From NCBI GenBank assembly GCA_010909165.1, contig VJWM01000126.1, positions 62,001 to 126,000 of the forward strand: a DNA stretch of 64,000 bases, given 5' to 3'. Both the position numbers and the translations under genes were made by a program. Origin of the DNA: Anthoceros angustus (Eukaryota; Plantae; Anthocerotophyta). Under the pieces are notes generated by a model that was not told the DNA's origin, made no database searches, and worked only from the letters and a program-made list of their open reading frames with translations. Positions 1 to 11,147 of this stretch are shown here, piece by piece (positions within the stretch are counted from its first letter, which is position 1; every line of letters begins with the position of its first letter).

Positions 1-3000
1 TCCGCCATGAGTGGGATTTTTCATTGGACCACACACATCCGTGTGTACCAACTCTAGCGCCATCTTTGCTCGTCAATTGCAATCTTGGGAACTTAGTTCG
101 TGTAGCTTTCCCATTATGCACCCTTGGCATAATTGCGGCTCACCCACTTCTTTCAAATCCAAGCTGTAACCATATGTTGGTTCTTCATCAACTGATATTG
201 TCCACACCAATGTGCCCTAGACGTTGATGCCATAAATCAATAGATCCAATGCTATTTTGCGAATCGTCCATAAAGGTGCAAGCTTGCCTTCCACGAAGCA
301 CACAACTTGTACAAATTTCCTATTGGACGCCTAGCAATCACTTTAGCATTCGATAACTCAGTGCTTGATTGGATCCGAAATCCTTTGGAATTGAACACAA
401 CCTCATGACTGCATCGGCAATTTTTGCGAAAGAAGATTCCTCGCAAGATGAGGCACATGATGCACGTCCTTAATACTGTAGATCCCTCCGGAAGATGGAC
501 TCGTAACACTCCTCTTCCCTTGATGTCATGTGACCTATTGTCACCAAGCGCCACCGTATGCCCCTCCGCAATACCTCGTAGCTTGAGAACCAAGGAAGGT
601 TATAAGCGAAATCTTTGGGATGCACCGAGTCAAGGTACAAACTCTCATCCTTCTTTGATGAAGTCGCTTGATCTCTTTCGGTGAAGCACGCCAAGATGTG
701 TTCTTGGTCCTTCTCACGACTTGATTAGCTTGGGATGATTTCCTTCTTCAAGTCCGCCAATCTTATTTTACATCCTTTGCGTGGTGATTGGGCTTCCTAA
801 TAACAAAAGCCTTTCACCTTTCTCTTTGCATCTGTATCCTTTGTCCCTTCTAGAGACTTGGCTTGAGGTCTTCCACCGTGATGTGCCCTTCTTGGAGAAG
901 AGTGCCAAGCCTTCGTTGCCTTGTGTCCGGAAAGAACCATCAAGCTCCTCTTGTAGGAGTAATCTAACCACCTCATCAAAGGTTGGTTGATTGTCACTTG
1001 ACGCATCGCTACGGATGCCCTATAAGACAATAAAATTGCCTACATGATGGTGGCAAACTACTCGACACTGATCACCTTACCCTCCAAGGTTTGATCTCGC
1101 CTCCTCATTTGATCAACCAAGCTTTTCAACTTGTTGACATGTTGTTGAACGGTGTCGCCTCAACCATCTTGAAGTTGGAGAATTGACTTTCCAAAGATTT
1201 CGCTCACAATGCTCTTCTTCTCACGTTGTGCAAAGAATTTTCCATGCATCCTGCGAAGAGACACACTCGCTCAATTGTGAGAGAATGTCATCGACACATT
1301 CAGATAATATTAGCCAAGGCTTTCGCATCCTTGTCTATATCCTTTTTAAGCGCCATCCGGAAGTCCATTTTCCACAAACTTCCACAATCCTCATCGGGGT
1401 CGTCAACATACGCCGTCGGATCCTTCATGATAACCGGGGTTGGAGCTCCCACTCCTTTGATGGGTTCCACAACCTCATTAAATACAACGTCCCTCGCTAA
1501 AATGATCTTCTTCCTTGAAAGATCATACAACCTGAGCCCTTAATCTCGAGAGTATCCAAGCATAAGGCACTTCACGCCTTTTGGATCCCATTTTGTTCGG
1601 GTTTGCTTGAACGTGAGCATAAACCATCGAACCAAAGATCCTCAAATGGCTTATGTCGGGCTTGACGCTGACCACGCTTCCTCGGGTCATTCCAACAATA
1701 GCTTTGGTTGGAACTCGATTCAAAACATAGGTTCTTTGTAACAACCTCACCCCAAAACGCATCAAGCCACTATGATGTAACATGCATTTAGCGCCTCCAC
1801 AGACTCCTAAGTTTGCTCCGCCACTCCATTTTGCTCCGGTGTGAGGGATGGTTAGTTGCCTTCCAATTCCATGCTCCTTGCAAAAGCGTTGGAAGTCGGT
1901 GGAGATGTATTCACCTCCGTTGTCACTACGCAAAGTCTTGACGTTGTCCACTTGCGTTCTCCACCATGGCTTTCCATTCCTTGAAGAGTGTAAATACCAG
2001 GATTTCTCCTTCATAAGATATGTCCAGTCTTCCTAGTGAAATCATCCACAAACACCGAATGTAGCGGGCTCCGCCATGAGTGGGATTTTCATTGGACCAC
2101 ACACATCCGTGTGTGTACCAACTCTAGCGCCATCTTTGCTCGTCTGCAATCTTTGGGAACTTAGTTCGGTGTAGCTTTCCCATTATGCACCCTTGGCATA
2201 ATTGCGGCTCACCCACTTCTTTCAAATCCAAGCACAGAACCATATGTTGGTTCTTCATCAACTGATATTGTCACACCAATGTGCCCTAGACGTTGATGCC
2301 ATAAATCAATAGATCCAATGCTATTTTGCGAATCGTCCATAAAGGTGCAAGCTTGCCTTCCACGAAGCACACAACTTGTACAAATTTCCTACTCGGACGC
2401 CTAGCAATCACTTTAGCATTCGATAACTCATTGGATCCGAAATCCTTTGGAATTGAACACAACCTCATGACCTGCATCGGCAATTTTTGCGACAGAAAGA
2501 AGATTCCTCGCAAGATGAGGCACATGATGCACGTCCTTAATACATGTAGACTGTCCTCCTGGAAGATGGACTCGTAACACTCCTCTTCCCTTGATGTCAT
2601 GTGACCTATTGTCACCAAGCGCCACTGTATGCCCCTCTGGCAATACCTCGTAGCTTGAGAACCAAGGAAGGTTATAACTGAAATGCTGGGATGCACCAGA
2701 GTCAAGGTACAAACTCTCATCCTTCTTTGATGAAGTCGCTTGATCTCTTTCGGTGAAGCACGCGAAGATGTGTTCTTGGTCCTTCTCGCTGACTTGATTA
2801 GCTTGGGATGATTTCCTTCTTCAAGTCCGCCAATCTTATTTTACATCCTTTGCGTGGTGATTGGGCTTCCTAATAACAAAAGCCTTTCACCTTTCTCTTT
2901 GCATCTGTATCCTTTGTCCCTTCTAGAGACTTGGCTTGAGGTCTTCCACCGTGATGTGCCCTTCTTGGAGAAGAGTGCCAAGCCTTCGTTGCCTTGTGTC

Positions 3001-3465
3001 CGGAAAGAACCATCAAGCTCCTCTTGTAGGAGTAATCTAACCACCTCATCAAAGGTTGGTTGATTGTCACTTGACGCATCGCTACGGATGCCCTATAAGA
3101 CAATAAAATTGCCTACATGATGGTGGCAAACTACTCGACACTGATCACCTTACCCTCCAAGGTTTGATCTCGCCTCCTCATTTGATCAACCAAGCTTTTC
3201 AACTTGTTGACATGTTGTTGAACGGTGTCGCCTCAACCATCTTGAAGTTGGAGAATTGACTTTCCAAAGATTTCGCTCACAATGCTCTTCTTCTCACGTT
3301 GTGCAAAGAATTTTCCATGCATCCTGCGAAGAGACACACTCGCTCAATTGTGAGAGAATGTCATCGACACATTCAGATAATATTAGCCAAGGCTTTCGCA
3401 TCCTTGTCTATATCCTTTTGAGCGCCATCCGGAAGTCCATTTTCCACAAACTTCCACAATCCTCA
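1..3465 (-). repeat. ~2.07-kb direct duplication of gag-PR-IN inside the copia element (1-1393 matches 2070-3465), plus a ~190-bp duplication (about 3276-3652)
   Basis: Near-identical sequence at offset ~2070, and identical ORFs at 768/2841, 781/2854 and 797/2870. Confidence 0.9.
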
Positions 3466-3927
3466 CAATGCTCTTCTTCTCGTTGTGCAAAGAATTTTCC
3501 ATGCATCCTGCGAAGAGACACACTCGCTCAATTGTGAGAGAATGTCATCTGACACATTCATGATAATATTAGCCAAGGCTTTCGCATCCTTGTCTATATC
3601 ATTTTTAGAAGCGCCATCTAGAAGTCCATTTTCCACAAACTTCCACAATCCTTTGTCAATGAGAAGAGATTTTAGCTTCAACTTCCATAATGTGAAGTTC
3701 CTGCCATTAAACTTCTCCACTTGACGCCAGTCTCCATATGCACACCTGAAGCTATGCAGAGACAAGACAAAAGTTCCTCGCACCAAAACTACTACCAAGC
3801 TTCACGAAATTCCAAACGAGCTTTCACAGACACTTAGTCTGCATAACTACAAACAATGCAATAGAAGACAACTGGCAACAGTCCCACACAGGGTGGTGCA
3901 GAGTGCTTTACGCATCTCCTGAACCAT

Positions 3928-3939
3928 GCTCTGATACCA
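3928..3939 (-). promoter_or_regulatory. Primer-binding site complementary to the initiator tRNA-Met 3' end
   Basis: Minus strand reads TGGTATCAGAGC immediately inside the LTR. Confidence 0.95.
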
Positions 3940-4135
3940 TGTTAGAAAACAGTTATTCCCATGTTCAGTACGTTAGAAATGGTGTGCTATGCATACATAC
4001 ATAGCCTTTGGCCTTGTCATACTCTTGATAGTATGAAACCCTATCTCGCTCCTGGGATAATCCTATATACTTCTAGGACTTATACTCATAACTCTATTAT
4101 GTGATGTGTTGCACCAATCCTATAGATTTCTAACA
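3940..4135 (-). repeat. 196-bp 5' LTR of the copia element
   Basis: Bounded by a perfect 9-bp inverted repeat TGTTAGAAA...TTTCTAACA (TG...CA) and directly adjacent to the PBS. Confidence 0.93.
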
Positions 4136-4409
4136 CGCCATTCCTTGGCAGGCACGATGCAAAGCCAACGCTCGAATTTGACGCTCAGACACCCGGAGTA
4201 TTCCTCACGGTTGCAAGGTATCTTTTATTCCTGGCTCTAACCAAGAATCCTTTTGAGAGATTCCCCAAAAAAGCATCCTTTACAAGACTTTTAACCCCTA
4301 ATTGACGGAGGGCTTTTCTCCATTTTTCTCGGTCCATAATTTTTACATAATATGGAAGGCTCTTTTATCCAAGTGGACTATAATACGATTCTTCTTTGTC
4401 TTTTCGATC

Positions 4410-4760
4410 AAAAAGAAGAGAATGGTGAGATGAATTGCAAAAGAACAGAATATTAAAGCTAGGGTATACATGATTCAAGTGAGATGAATTACTTGCAAAA
4501 GAAGAGAATGTTGAAGCTAGGGTATGGAATTAGAGCCATGAATCATTTGCTTGGAAAAAGAATATTGAGGCCAGGGTACACCTGAATCAGCAGAATGCTG
4601 AAGCTAGGGTGGAGATAGATGAATGAGTGCGATAAATCAGTTACAAAAGAAGAGAATATTGAAGCTAGGGTGCACATACATGAATTGGTGAAATGAATGA
4701 GTTACAAAAGAAAAACTATTGAAACTAGGGTGCATATAGATGAATCAATAAGATGAATGG
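4410..4760. repeat. Degenerate ~50-56-bp minisatellite, copy 1
   Basis: Recurring core AAAAGAAGAGAATRTTGAAGCTAGGGT...GATGAAT, about 6-7 units. Confidence 0.85.
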
Positions 4761-5039
4761 GTTGGTCTATACCTAAACCAAGCCATGCCGTGAGCTGGTT
4801 TGTAGGGCATACCCCGTTCCGGTTGGATATTTTATATTCGATATTCGATCATCAAGGCCAGCCGCCAGCGTGGGACGATGCCTCGGTACCCTGCCCTTGC
4901 TTTAGGGTATAGCAACGCTTGCTCTTATTATAAATACGCTCCCATGTGTCTCAAAGTCATTCTATCCAACCAAGTTCTCTTCCACCTCTGCATGCAAGGG
5001 AGCGTGAACGCACTTGGGTCTGCAAGCTGGTAGCGAAGA

Positions 5040-6227
5040 ATGGCGGCACTTGTGGAAGTGTCCAGGCCAGCTATGGCGGCTGAGGCATGCGCAGAGGCCG
5101 AGCTAGGTATGAAGAAGCTGCAGGCTAGGCTACCCAAGGTACTTGAGAAGGCTCCGAGGGCGGCTAGGCTGGCTAGGCTGGCTGAGGAGGAGGGTAGGCG
5201 CGCTGAGTACCAGGCTTGGCTGGCTGATGAGGAGGCTAGACAGGCTGAGGAGGTGGCTAGGTTGGCTGAGGATCCGGATGAGGACACGCAGGCTAAGGAG
5301 GAGGCTATGCTGGCTGCGGACCTGAGGCGGGTGTCCGACAAGGAGCTGGAGGAGAGGCTCCAGGAGCAGGAAGGCTTTTTGTGGTGTGCGTCCGCGATAT
5401 TGAAGTTGTCGGCATTGGTCAGGCAAACCAGAAACGATTCGGCAGCCGTGCTCGCGAATGCCGCATGGAGGAAGAAGCAGGCCATCAGCAAGATCGACGT
5501 GATCCAAAACGAGCGCAGAGAGCGGGAGCGCAGTCGGGAGCAGAGAGCTGAGCCTCCAGGTTTAGAGATCCTTATGCAAAACCAACTCCGACTTCGGAGG
5601 AGAGACAAATTTGCCATTAACATGTGCTTGTCTTGTGCAGAATTGGGGAATCTAGACGATGGGCCGGGGTCCAAGGGGTGGGGGGGGAGTGCCTGTATGC
5701 ATGCGGCGTCGCATGTGGCGGAGGAAGCGCTCGAGGACCGGCAATGCAGTGACTGGGTAAAAGGGATGTCGCTGAAGATGGAGGGGTTTGCTGTACGCGC
5801 GTCCGCCGGCATGAGCTTGCCACAGATTTTGGAGGAGGAGAAGGAGAAGGTGAGGAAGAAAGAGAGGGAGGCAAGGGATGCCGCTGTACATGTCGCTGCT
5901 GAGCGGCGGAGGCTGGAGGACGAGAACGCCGAGCTGCGAAAGGGTATAGCCTTTGCGCGAAGGGATGCGCTGACCCGTAGGAATATGCATCGGAATCAGA
6001 TTGTGGAACTTGAGTCCGAGAGGGACACGCTGCGTCAGGATCTGGAGGCAGAGCGGGAGAAGAGTATGTGCAAGGTCTGCTATGTGGAGCCCAGGCACAG
6101 CGTCGTCTTACCTTGCTTTCATTTCCTGTTGTGCAAGTCGTGTATGAAGCGGGCCCTGGACCGGGCCATTCCTTGCCCTACTTGCAGAGTCCCCATCACC
6201 GGATCAATGGCAGTGTTCGTGTCATAG
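5040..6227 (+). CDS. Intronless coiled-coil protein with a C-terminal C3HC4 RING finger (IAP/MGRN-like type), putative E3 ligase, 395 aa
   Basis: Open ATG-to-TAG ORF with Glu/Arg/Ala-rich helical segments and CKVC..PCFHFLLCKSC..CPTC at the C-terminus. Confidence 0.85.
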   Translation: MAALVEVSRPAMAAEACAEAELGMKKLQARLPKVLEKAPRAARLARLAEEEGRRAEYQAWLADEEARQAEEVARLAEDPDEDTQAKEEAMLAADLRRVSDKELEERLQEQEGFLWCASAILKLSALVRQTRNDSAAVLANAAWRKKQAISKIDVIQNERRERERSREQRAEPPGLEILMQNQLRLRRRDKFAINMCLSCAELGNLDDGPGSKGWGGSACMHAASHVAEEALEDRQCSDWVKGMSLKMEGFAVRASAGMSLPQILEEEKEKVRKKEREARDAAVHVAAERRRLEDENAELRKGIAFARRDALTRRNMHRNQIVELESERDTLRQDLEAEREKSMCKVCYVEPRHSVVLPCFHFLLCKSCMKRALDRAIPCPTCRVPITGSMAVFVS

Positions 6228-6714
6228 TAGTAGTGCCACCGGATCCTAATCTATGTGTTAGGGCAACTTGTGCTGTCCCAATTCTCCCAGTCTGAGTCTG
6301 GGACTGGCTGTGTTGCAACTTGCGAAAACTCTGCCAGCGACAAATCTGCACAAGCAAGTTAAGAGCTAAGCAGCGAGGAGAGAAGAATTTTTCACCTTGT
6401 CCTGTATAGGCTTGCTGCTTCTCTCTAGCTATATCTAGGAGCTGATTGATAAGGGAGATATGAACAAAGGCAATGAGTTTGCTTACATTCCAATAATTCT
6501 AGCTACGAGCTTGACTAGAATGTGCAAAGCCAGTAAAGTTGCCACTCTTGTGCCTGCTGATAATGTCAGTTCTTGCTGAGATTCGAGAAAGGTAGGTTTT
6601 GTGATTGCTTGTACTCACCATGCTTCACCTCTTGCCGTACTCATGAACAAGGGTGGTTGCCAAGCTTGTGGTGAAATTCACAACAGTTTCACCACAAGGA
6701 CATAATGGCGAATT

Positions 6715-7580
6715 CGGGAACCCGAAAGGTCGCTTACAGACGGAGAGCCTGTTTACCCTGGTCTTGATCACAAACAGCTTCGACCCATCCACGACCTCAG
6801 ATTACTCCTGATGGGCAGGATGTTCACAGGGCTAAATGATCGCAGCTTAATGCACAAATGCCGTCATCTGGACCCGTATGTTGTCGACGACCGCCTCTTC
6901 CATCGATTGTTGGGCCACAGACCCAAAAGCTTCGATGCTGGAATGCTCCACTTCAACTTAATTTTGGGTCAGAAGCAAGAAATCGTGGTGATTCAACTGT
7001 AGCATTAGAACAGCCACCACAGTAATTGCTGCCTGCATCCAAATCGGACGCCAGGTATACATACTCTTGCAGGCGAGTGAATGAACCACCTGCATACTTT
7101 CCTCAGTGTCTAACAATCGACTTGTGCAAATAGTGGGGTACGACAGTATGAGATATGTATCAGGGTGTTCGCTCGATATGACGATGCTTTTGAAATCCCG
7201 TCATATTCTGGGACAGACTAGCCTACAGAGTGTTTCTCACGCTGAGGCCATTTTTCAAATACATGGTGTGCGTCCACCATGCTGCCACAATCAGCATACA
7301 TGTGAGCAAGAGCCCAGGGAAACAATTCAGGCTGAAGGCCACATTAGAGACTTTCTTTGTGAATTTCTCGGGACATACGTGTCGACCTGATAGTTACCAA
7401 TAACATTAGAACGTGGTGCTGCCAGCAACTGGCAACACTTCCTCCCTCGAAAATCGAATGATTCCCGAAATAAATGAAGCAGTAAACCCATCACTAACTG
7501 AGTTCACAACACACCAGGGCAAAACGCTGCACAAGAAAGAAATATCCTTACCATTCAGCACCCCAATGTTGCAGGCCTAC
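6715..7580 (-). pseudogene. Decayed PLS-class PPR gene fragment, copy A
   Basis: Minus strand gives broken PPR motifs such as REIHKESL*CGLQPELF..AYMYADCGSMVDAHHVF and QDQGKQALRL, with many stops and frameshifts. Confidence 0.75.
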
Positions 7581-7759
7581 TCGAAAACTCTGCCAGCTAC
7601 AAATCTGCACAAGCAAGTGAATAGCTAAGCAGCGAGGAGAGAAGAAATTTTCACCTTGTCCTGTATAGGCTTGCTGCTTCTCTCTAGCTATATCTAGGAG
7701 CTGGTTGATAAGGTAGCTATGAACAAAGGCAATCAGGTTTGCTTGCTGACATTCCCATT

Positions 7760-8780
7760 CTTTCCAGACGTCTCTGCAGGGCTTTGAGTTGCCGTTTCTT
7801 GGAGTTGCCTTGAATAACGTGCAAAGCCAGTTGATGACACTCTTGTGCCTGCGGACTGGCCAATCAGCTGCTTGTTTTGCAACACATCTAGCCAAAGTTG
7901 AGATTCCAGACAGGTGGGACTGGACAGATTTCCTCTCTGGACTCTCCACGGTGTCCAATAGAGGGCCACCCGAGCCATTCCGCTTTTCGGTTACAAAGTC
8001 TGAGTTCTATTCACACGGAGAGACGAACCCTAAAATCAGCTCGCCTTGGCTCCGCTCAGGTCAGCGAATGTTCCGCGCATAGGTCCGGCACGCGAAAACG
8101 TTCTCACGGACATGTGGCTCACGCTGTGTCAGATGCTGCCTGCGTTATCCTGTTTCTAGCATATCCTGAAGATGCAATTTTTGGCGGCCTGCCACTTTCA
8201 CAGGCAATATTCCCCAGGGACTACTGATTCATCGAGCACACGAAGTGTCGTATCTCAGCAGAGAGTTTTGGGCTCTTAAACCGAAATGCATCTGGGACAT
8301 GGCTGCTCTTAGAGAAGCGTTAGCTGTGAGTTTACGGGAGCGATCGATCATTCACAACGTGACTATGCACTGTGAAAGACATGTTTAGCCTGGATTTTGG
8401 TAGCGGTTCAGCAAATCGATGGGGAACCCAGTTTGAAACAATGACGGTTGCTTACAGCTGGATGGAAGGGCACAAGGAGAAGGACTGGTTTATGGAATAT
8501 ATATGCCAAAATATATATTCGGCAGTGTGGCTCGTTTTATAAACCACAGCTGTTGTCCCAACATTTATGCTCAGTGCGTTTTTGTGACCACGCAGGTTTG
8601 CGGTTCCCACAGATTATGCTCTTCGCGTCGGAATGGATACCAGCGTTCACGGAACTGACGCTGGATAATTTCATATGGCTACACGCCTGGTAGCATTGTT
8701 GATGCAAACGGGTGTGAGTTAGTCCAGAATGCTCCTGTCAATCCATTGAATTGCAACGGGCAACTGTATTGGAAAGTAAA
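7760..8780 (+). pseudogene. Decayed SU(VAR)3-9 homolog (SUVH-type) H3K9 methyltransferase: pre-SET/SET remnant
   Basis: 8521-8562 translates GSVARFINHSCCPN, followed by IYAQCVF / DH..LRFPQIMLFASEWIPAFTELTLD / YGYTPGSIVDANG. CEFTG lies near 8325. Several frameshifts. Confidence 0.85.
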
Positions 8781-8955
8781 CTTTTGCTCCGTTCAAAAGA
8801 AACTGTTTCGATCAGTCACCCTCCGTACGAGAGCGGAGGATCCTGCTGGCCTCTCCCCTTGCTAGTCTCGTAACGTCTAACGTTTTCTTTGATACGGCGT
8901 TTCAATAGACAGCGGGTCCCAGGTTAACAAGGTTTAAACAGCAACAGTAGCAATA

Positions 8956-9885
8956 CTAAGGCACATACACGACCATCCGATGGGTGATGGGGACTCCGCA
9001 AATATGACAATGTGAGGTCGTGCACTCTCTGTGCTGCTGTATGCACGAGTTGCAAAACAGGATATGCAAGCAAGGAAGGAAGATGGTGTTCCTTGCCTCC
9101 ACGAGGCAGACCATGCACAGATTTTTCTTCTGCTCTGCTTGTAGGTGACACTGCAGGTGCATCGCATCGGACGCAAGGCTCAAAACCTTGTCTTCCAGAG
9201 TCTCCTTATCGGTTCTAAGTTTCCAAAGGGCATGACCCTTCTCGAGGGTCCTGTCAAGTGCAGCCTTTTCCTCACCATTCATAATTATTTGCAATTGTTT
9301 CTTCTCCTGCTCCAACCTCTGCAATCTCTTGTGTAACAGTAACGTCTGGTCGCTCTGCGAGTTCACGCCCTCCTCCCCAAGCTCCCGGTTGCAGTCGCGC
9401 TCTCTCCGCTCTCTGCGAATGCCTTGGAGCTCTATGGTGGCCTGCTCCTTCCTCGACGTGGCCCTTCGTTTCTCTGTCCCGTCCGTGGCAATGTCGCTTA
9501 GAGTTTTCTCCGCGCTCCGCACAATTTCTTTTTGCTCCACAAGTCTTTTCAGCAGCTCCTCGTCGGACAGGACATTCACGTACGCAGCCAGTTCTCTCCG
9601 CCTGTCTTCACGCTCTGTCCACTCGTTGCGGATGATTAGAAGCGTGTCATTGCGCTCCTTCAGTGTGACCTCCGCATCCGCGAACTCACCCGACCACTTT
9701 TGCTTCTTGGCAGCTGGCAATTCGGTCATCGCACTCTCCCTCTCTCGTATCGCCATGTCCGCCACCCTGGTCTCCCAATGCCGCACAACGTTTTCCTGCT
9801 CCTCGAGCCTGTCTTGCAGGTCTTGGTCGGGCAGCACCTTCAGGTCCGCAACTAGCCTGGCCTCCCTATGCCTCTTGTTCGCCAT
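8956..9885 (-). CDS. Intronless coiled-coil + C-terminal C3HC4 RING protein, divergent paralog, ~309 aa from the first ATG
   Basis: Open frame ending CMVC..PCLHILFCNSC..CHIC. LVADLKVLPDQDLQDRLEEQE resembles LAADLRRVSDKELEERLQEQE in 5040-6227. Confidence 0.8.
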   Translation of the reverse strand: MANKRHREARLVADLKVLPDQDLQDRLEEQENVVRHWETRVADMAIRERESAMTELPAAKKQKWSGEFADAEVTLKERNDTLLIIRNEWTEREDRRRELAAYVNVLSDEELLKRLVEQKEIVRSAEKTLSDIATDGTEKRRATSRKEQATIELQGIRRERRERDCNRELGEEGVNSQSDQTLLLHKRLQRLEQEKKQLQIIMNGEEKAALDRTLEKGHALWKLRTDKETLEDKVLSLASDAMHLQCHLQAEQKKNLCMVCLVEARNTIFLPCLHILFCNSCIQQHRECTTSHCHICGVPITHRMVVYVP

Positions 9886-10307
9886 TGGTGGGCAACCGCG
9901 ATGACAGAGGGAACTACCAGATCTAGGCAAGAGGAAGGCTCAAGGGTGCTAACGCAGATTCAATGCAAGACGGAAAATGGAAGAGGACGCTATGATGAAA
10001 GAGAATATATAAAATGGAAAGTAACCCTGCATATATAGCATAGAACTTTGACATTTTCTCCAAATCATTAACTCGATATTACCTTGGGCCTCGGAATGTG
10101 GGGAGTCATGGCTGGAAAGGAACCAGAATGAGGCAAAGCTATGGACGGAACCCTCCGGCTTCAAAACCCTAAAACCCTGGAGGGATAAAAGTGGCAGAGA
10201 TATATATAAAACACTCAAAAGTAGGAACCGCAGCGGGACGTCATAGATAGCCCGCAGGCACAAACAAGAAGATAATTTGAAACTTAGGGCAGGGTGGGAA
10301 TCGAATA

Positions 10308-10657
10308 CCGTACCCCGAGGGGTGATTCAATAGGATAATGCCGAAATAATTATTTTTTGAAAAAAATAAGGTTCAACAGAAATATTTATATTTTTCAAAA
10401 TTTCAAAATTTACGAAAAATAATTTGATCAAATTTTAACATTTATTAAAATATATAAGTATATCTATAAAACTAATGGATATGTATAGACCTCCCCTAAA
10501 CAGGTCCTAATTTTCCACACAAACCCTAGTTTCCTTGTTTTCGGCATCTTAAACTCATAAATTTTTATATATTCAATATTTTAAGTATAATCATTTCTAA
10601 ATTTTCAATTTTTATTAATTTTAATTAATTAATGCCGAATCACCCCTCGGGGTACGG
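10308..10657. mobile_element. ~350-bp MITE with a TA target-site duplication (Tc1/mariner-type, non-autonomous)
   Basis: Perfect inverted repeat TACCGTACCCCGAGGGGTGATTC (10306-10328) / GAATCACCCCTCGGGGTACGGTA (10637-10659), very AT-rich interior, TA at both ends. Confidence 0.85.
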
Positions 10658-10771
10658 TAGTAAATATTAGGAATACCATTGAAATACAAAGGACATGAAG
10701 AGTCTTTATTTTTTGCATTCTTTCACCTATACTAAAGCTTCCTAAGAAAGTGGAGTAAAAGTTCATTTTGC

Positions 10772-10927
10772 GGCTTCTTCGGCACCGGTGGTAGGTAGGC
10801 CCTTCATCATCCCTGATCACAATATCATTGGTGTAGTAGGTAGTTACGGGCTTCTTCGGCACCGGTGGTAGGTAGGCCCTTCATCATCCCTGATCACAAT
10901 ATCATGGGTGTAGTAGGTAGTTACGGG
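10772..10927. repeat. 77-bp tandem duplication
   Basis: GGCTTCTTCGGCACCGGTGG...TAGTTACGGG occurs twice head to tail with one mismatch. Confidence 0.9.
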
Positions 10928-11001
10928 AAAGGCATTCGAGGGGACTAGGACTTCCCCTTTTACTATTAGCCCTTTTTGGGTTGTTCCTCCTCGGATTTCA
11001 G

Positions 11002-11147
11002 GGGGTAGATGGGATTCCCCATCTCGCCTATTAATAACGTCTACTCTTTTCTATTTTGTGTGAGATGGGATTCTCCATCTCACTGGGGTAGATGGGATTC
11101 CCCATCTCGCCTATTAATAACGTCTACTCTTCTCTATTTTGTGTGAG
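11002..11147. repeat. ~83-bp tandem duplication containing short palindromes
   Basis: GGGGTAGATGGGATTCCCCATCTCGCC...GTGTGAGA occurs twice. Confidence 0.85.

Larger units (their letters stand above)
1..4135 (-). mobile_element. Ty1/copia LTR retrotransposon; 5' LTR, gag, protease and integrase present, RT/RNaseH end outside the window; frameshifted and internally duplicated
   Basis: Minus-strand translations: gag N-terminus (VEKFNGRNFTLWKLKLKSLLIDKGLW), zinc knuckle (KGFCYYCG..NHHAKDC), protease (YLDSGASQH), integrase (KTLRSDNGGEYIS; SHLRIFGSMVYAHV; LARDVVFNE). Order gag-PR-IN is diagnostic of copia. Confidence 0.95.

Noticed and set aside
6322-7755. Minus-strand YTGQGEN in module X as the SRA-domain YTGQG motif
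   Set aside because: It is antisense to the SET relic and the surrounding residues do not fit SRA; likely chance.
8821-8866. Helitron 3' end (CTCCG..CGGAG hairpin then CTAG)
   Set aside because: The stem is short, the spacing to CTAG is too long, and no 5' TC end or RepHel is visible.
10160-10185. Interstitial telomere repeat (AAAACCCTAAAACCCT)
   Set aside because: Only two imperfect units; at most a telo-box promoter motif.
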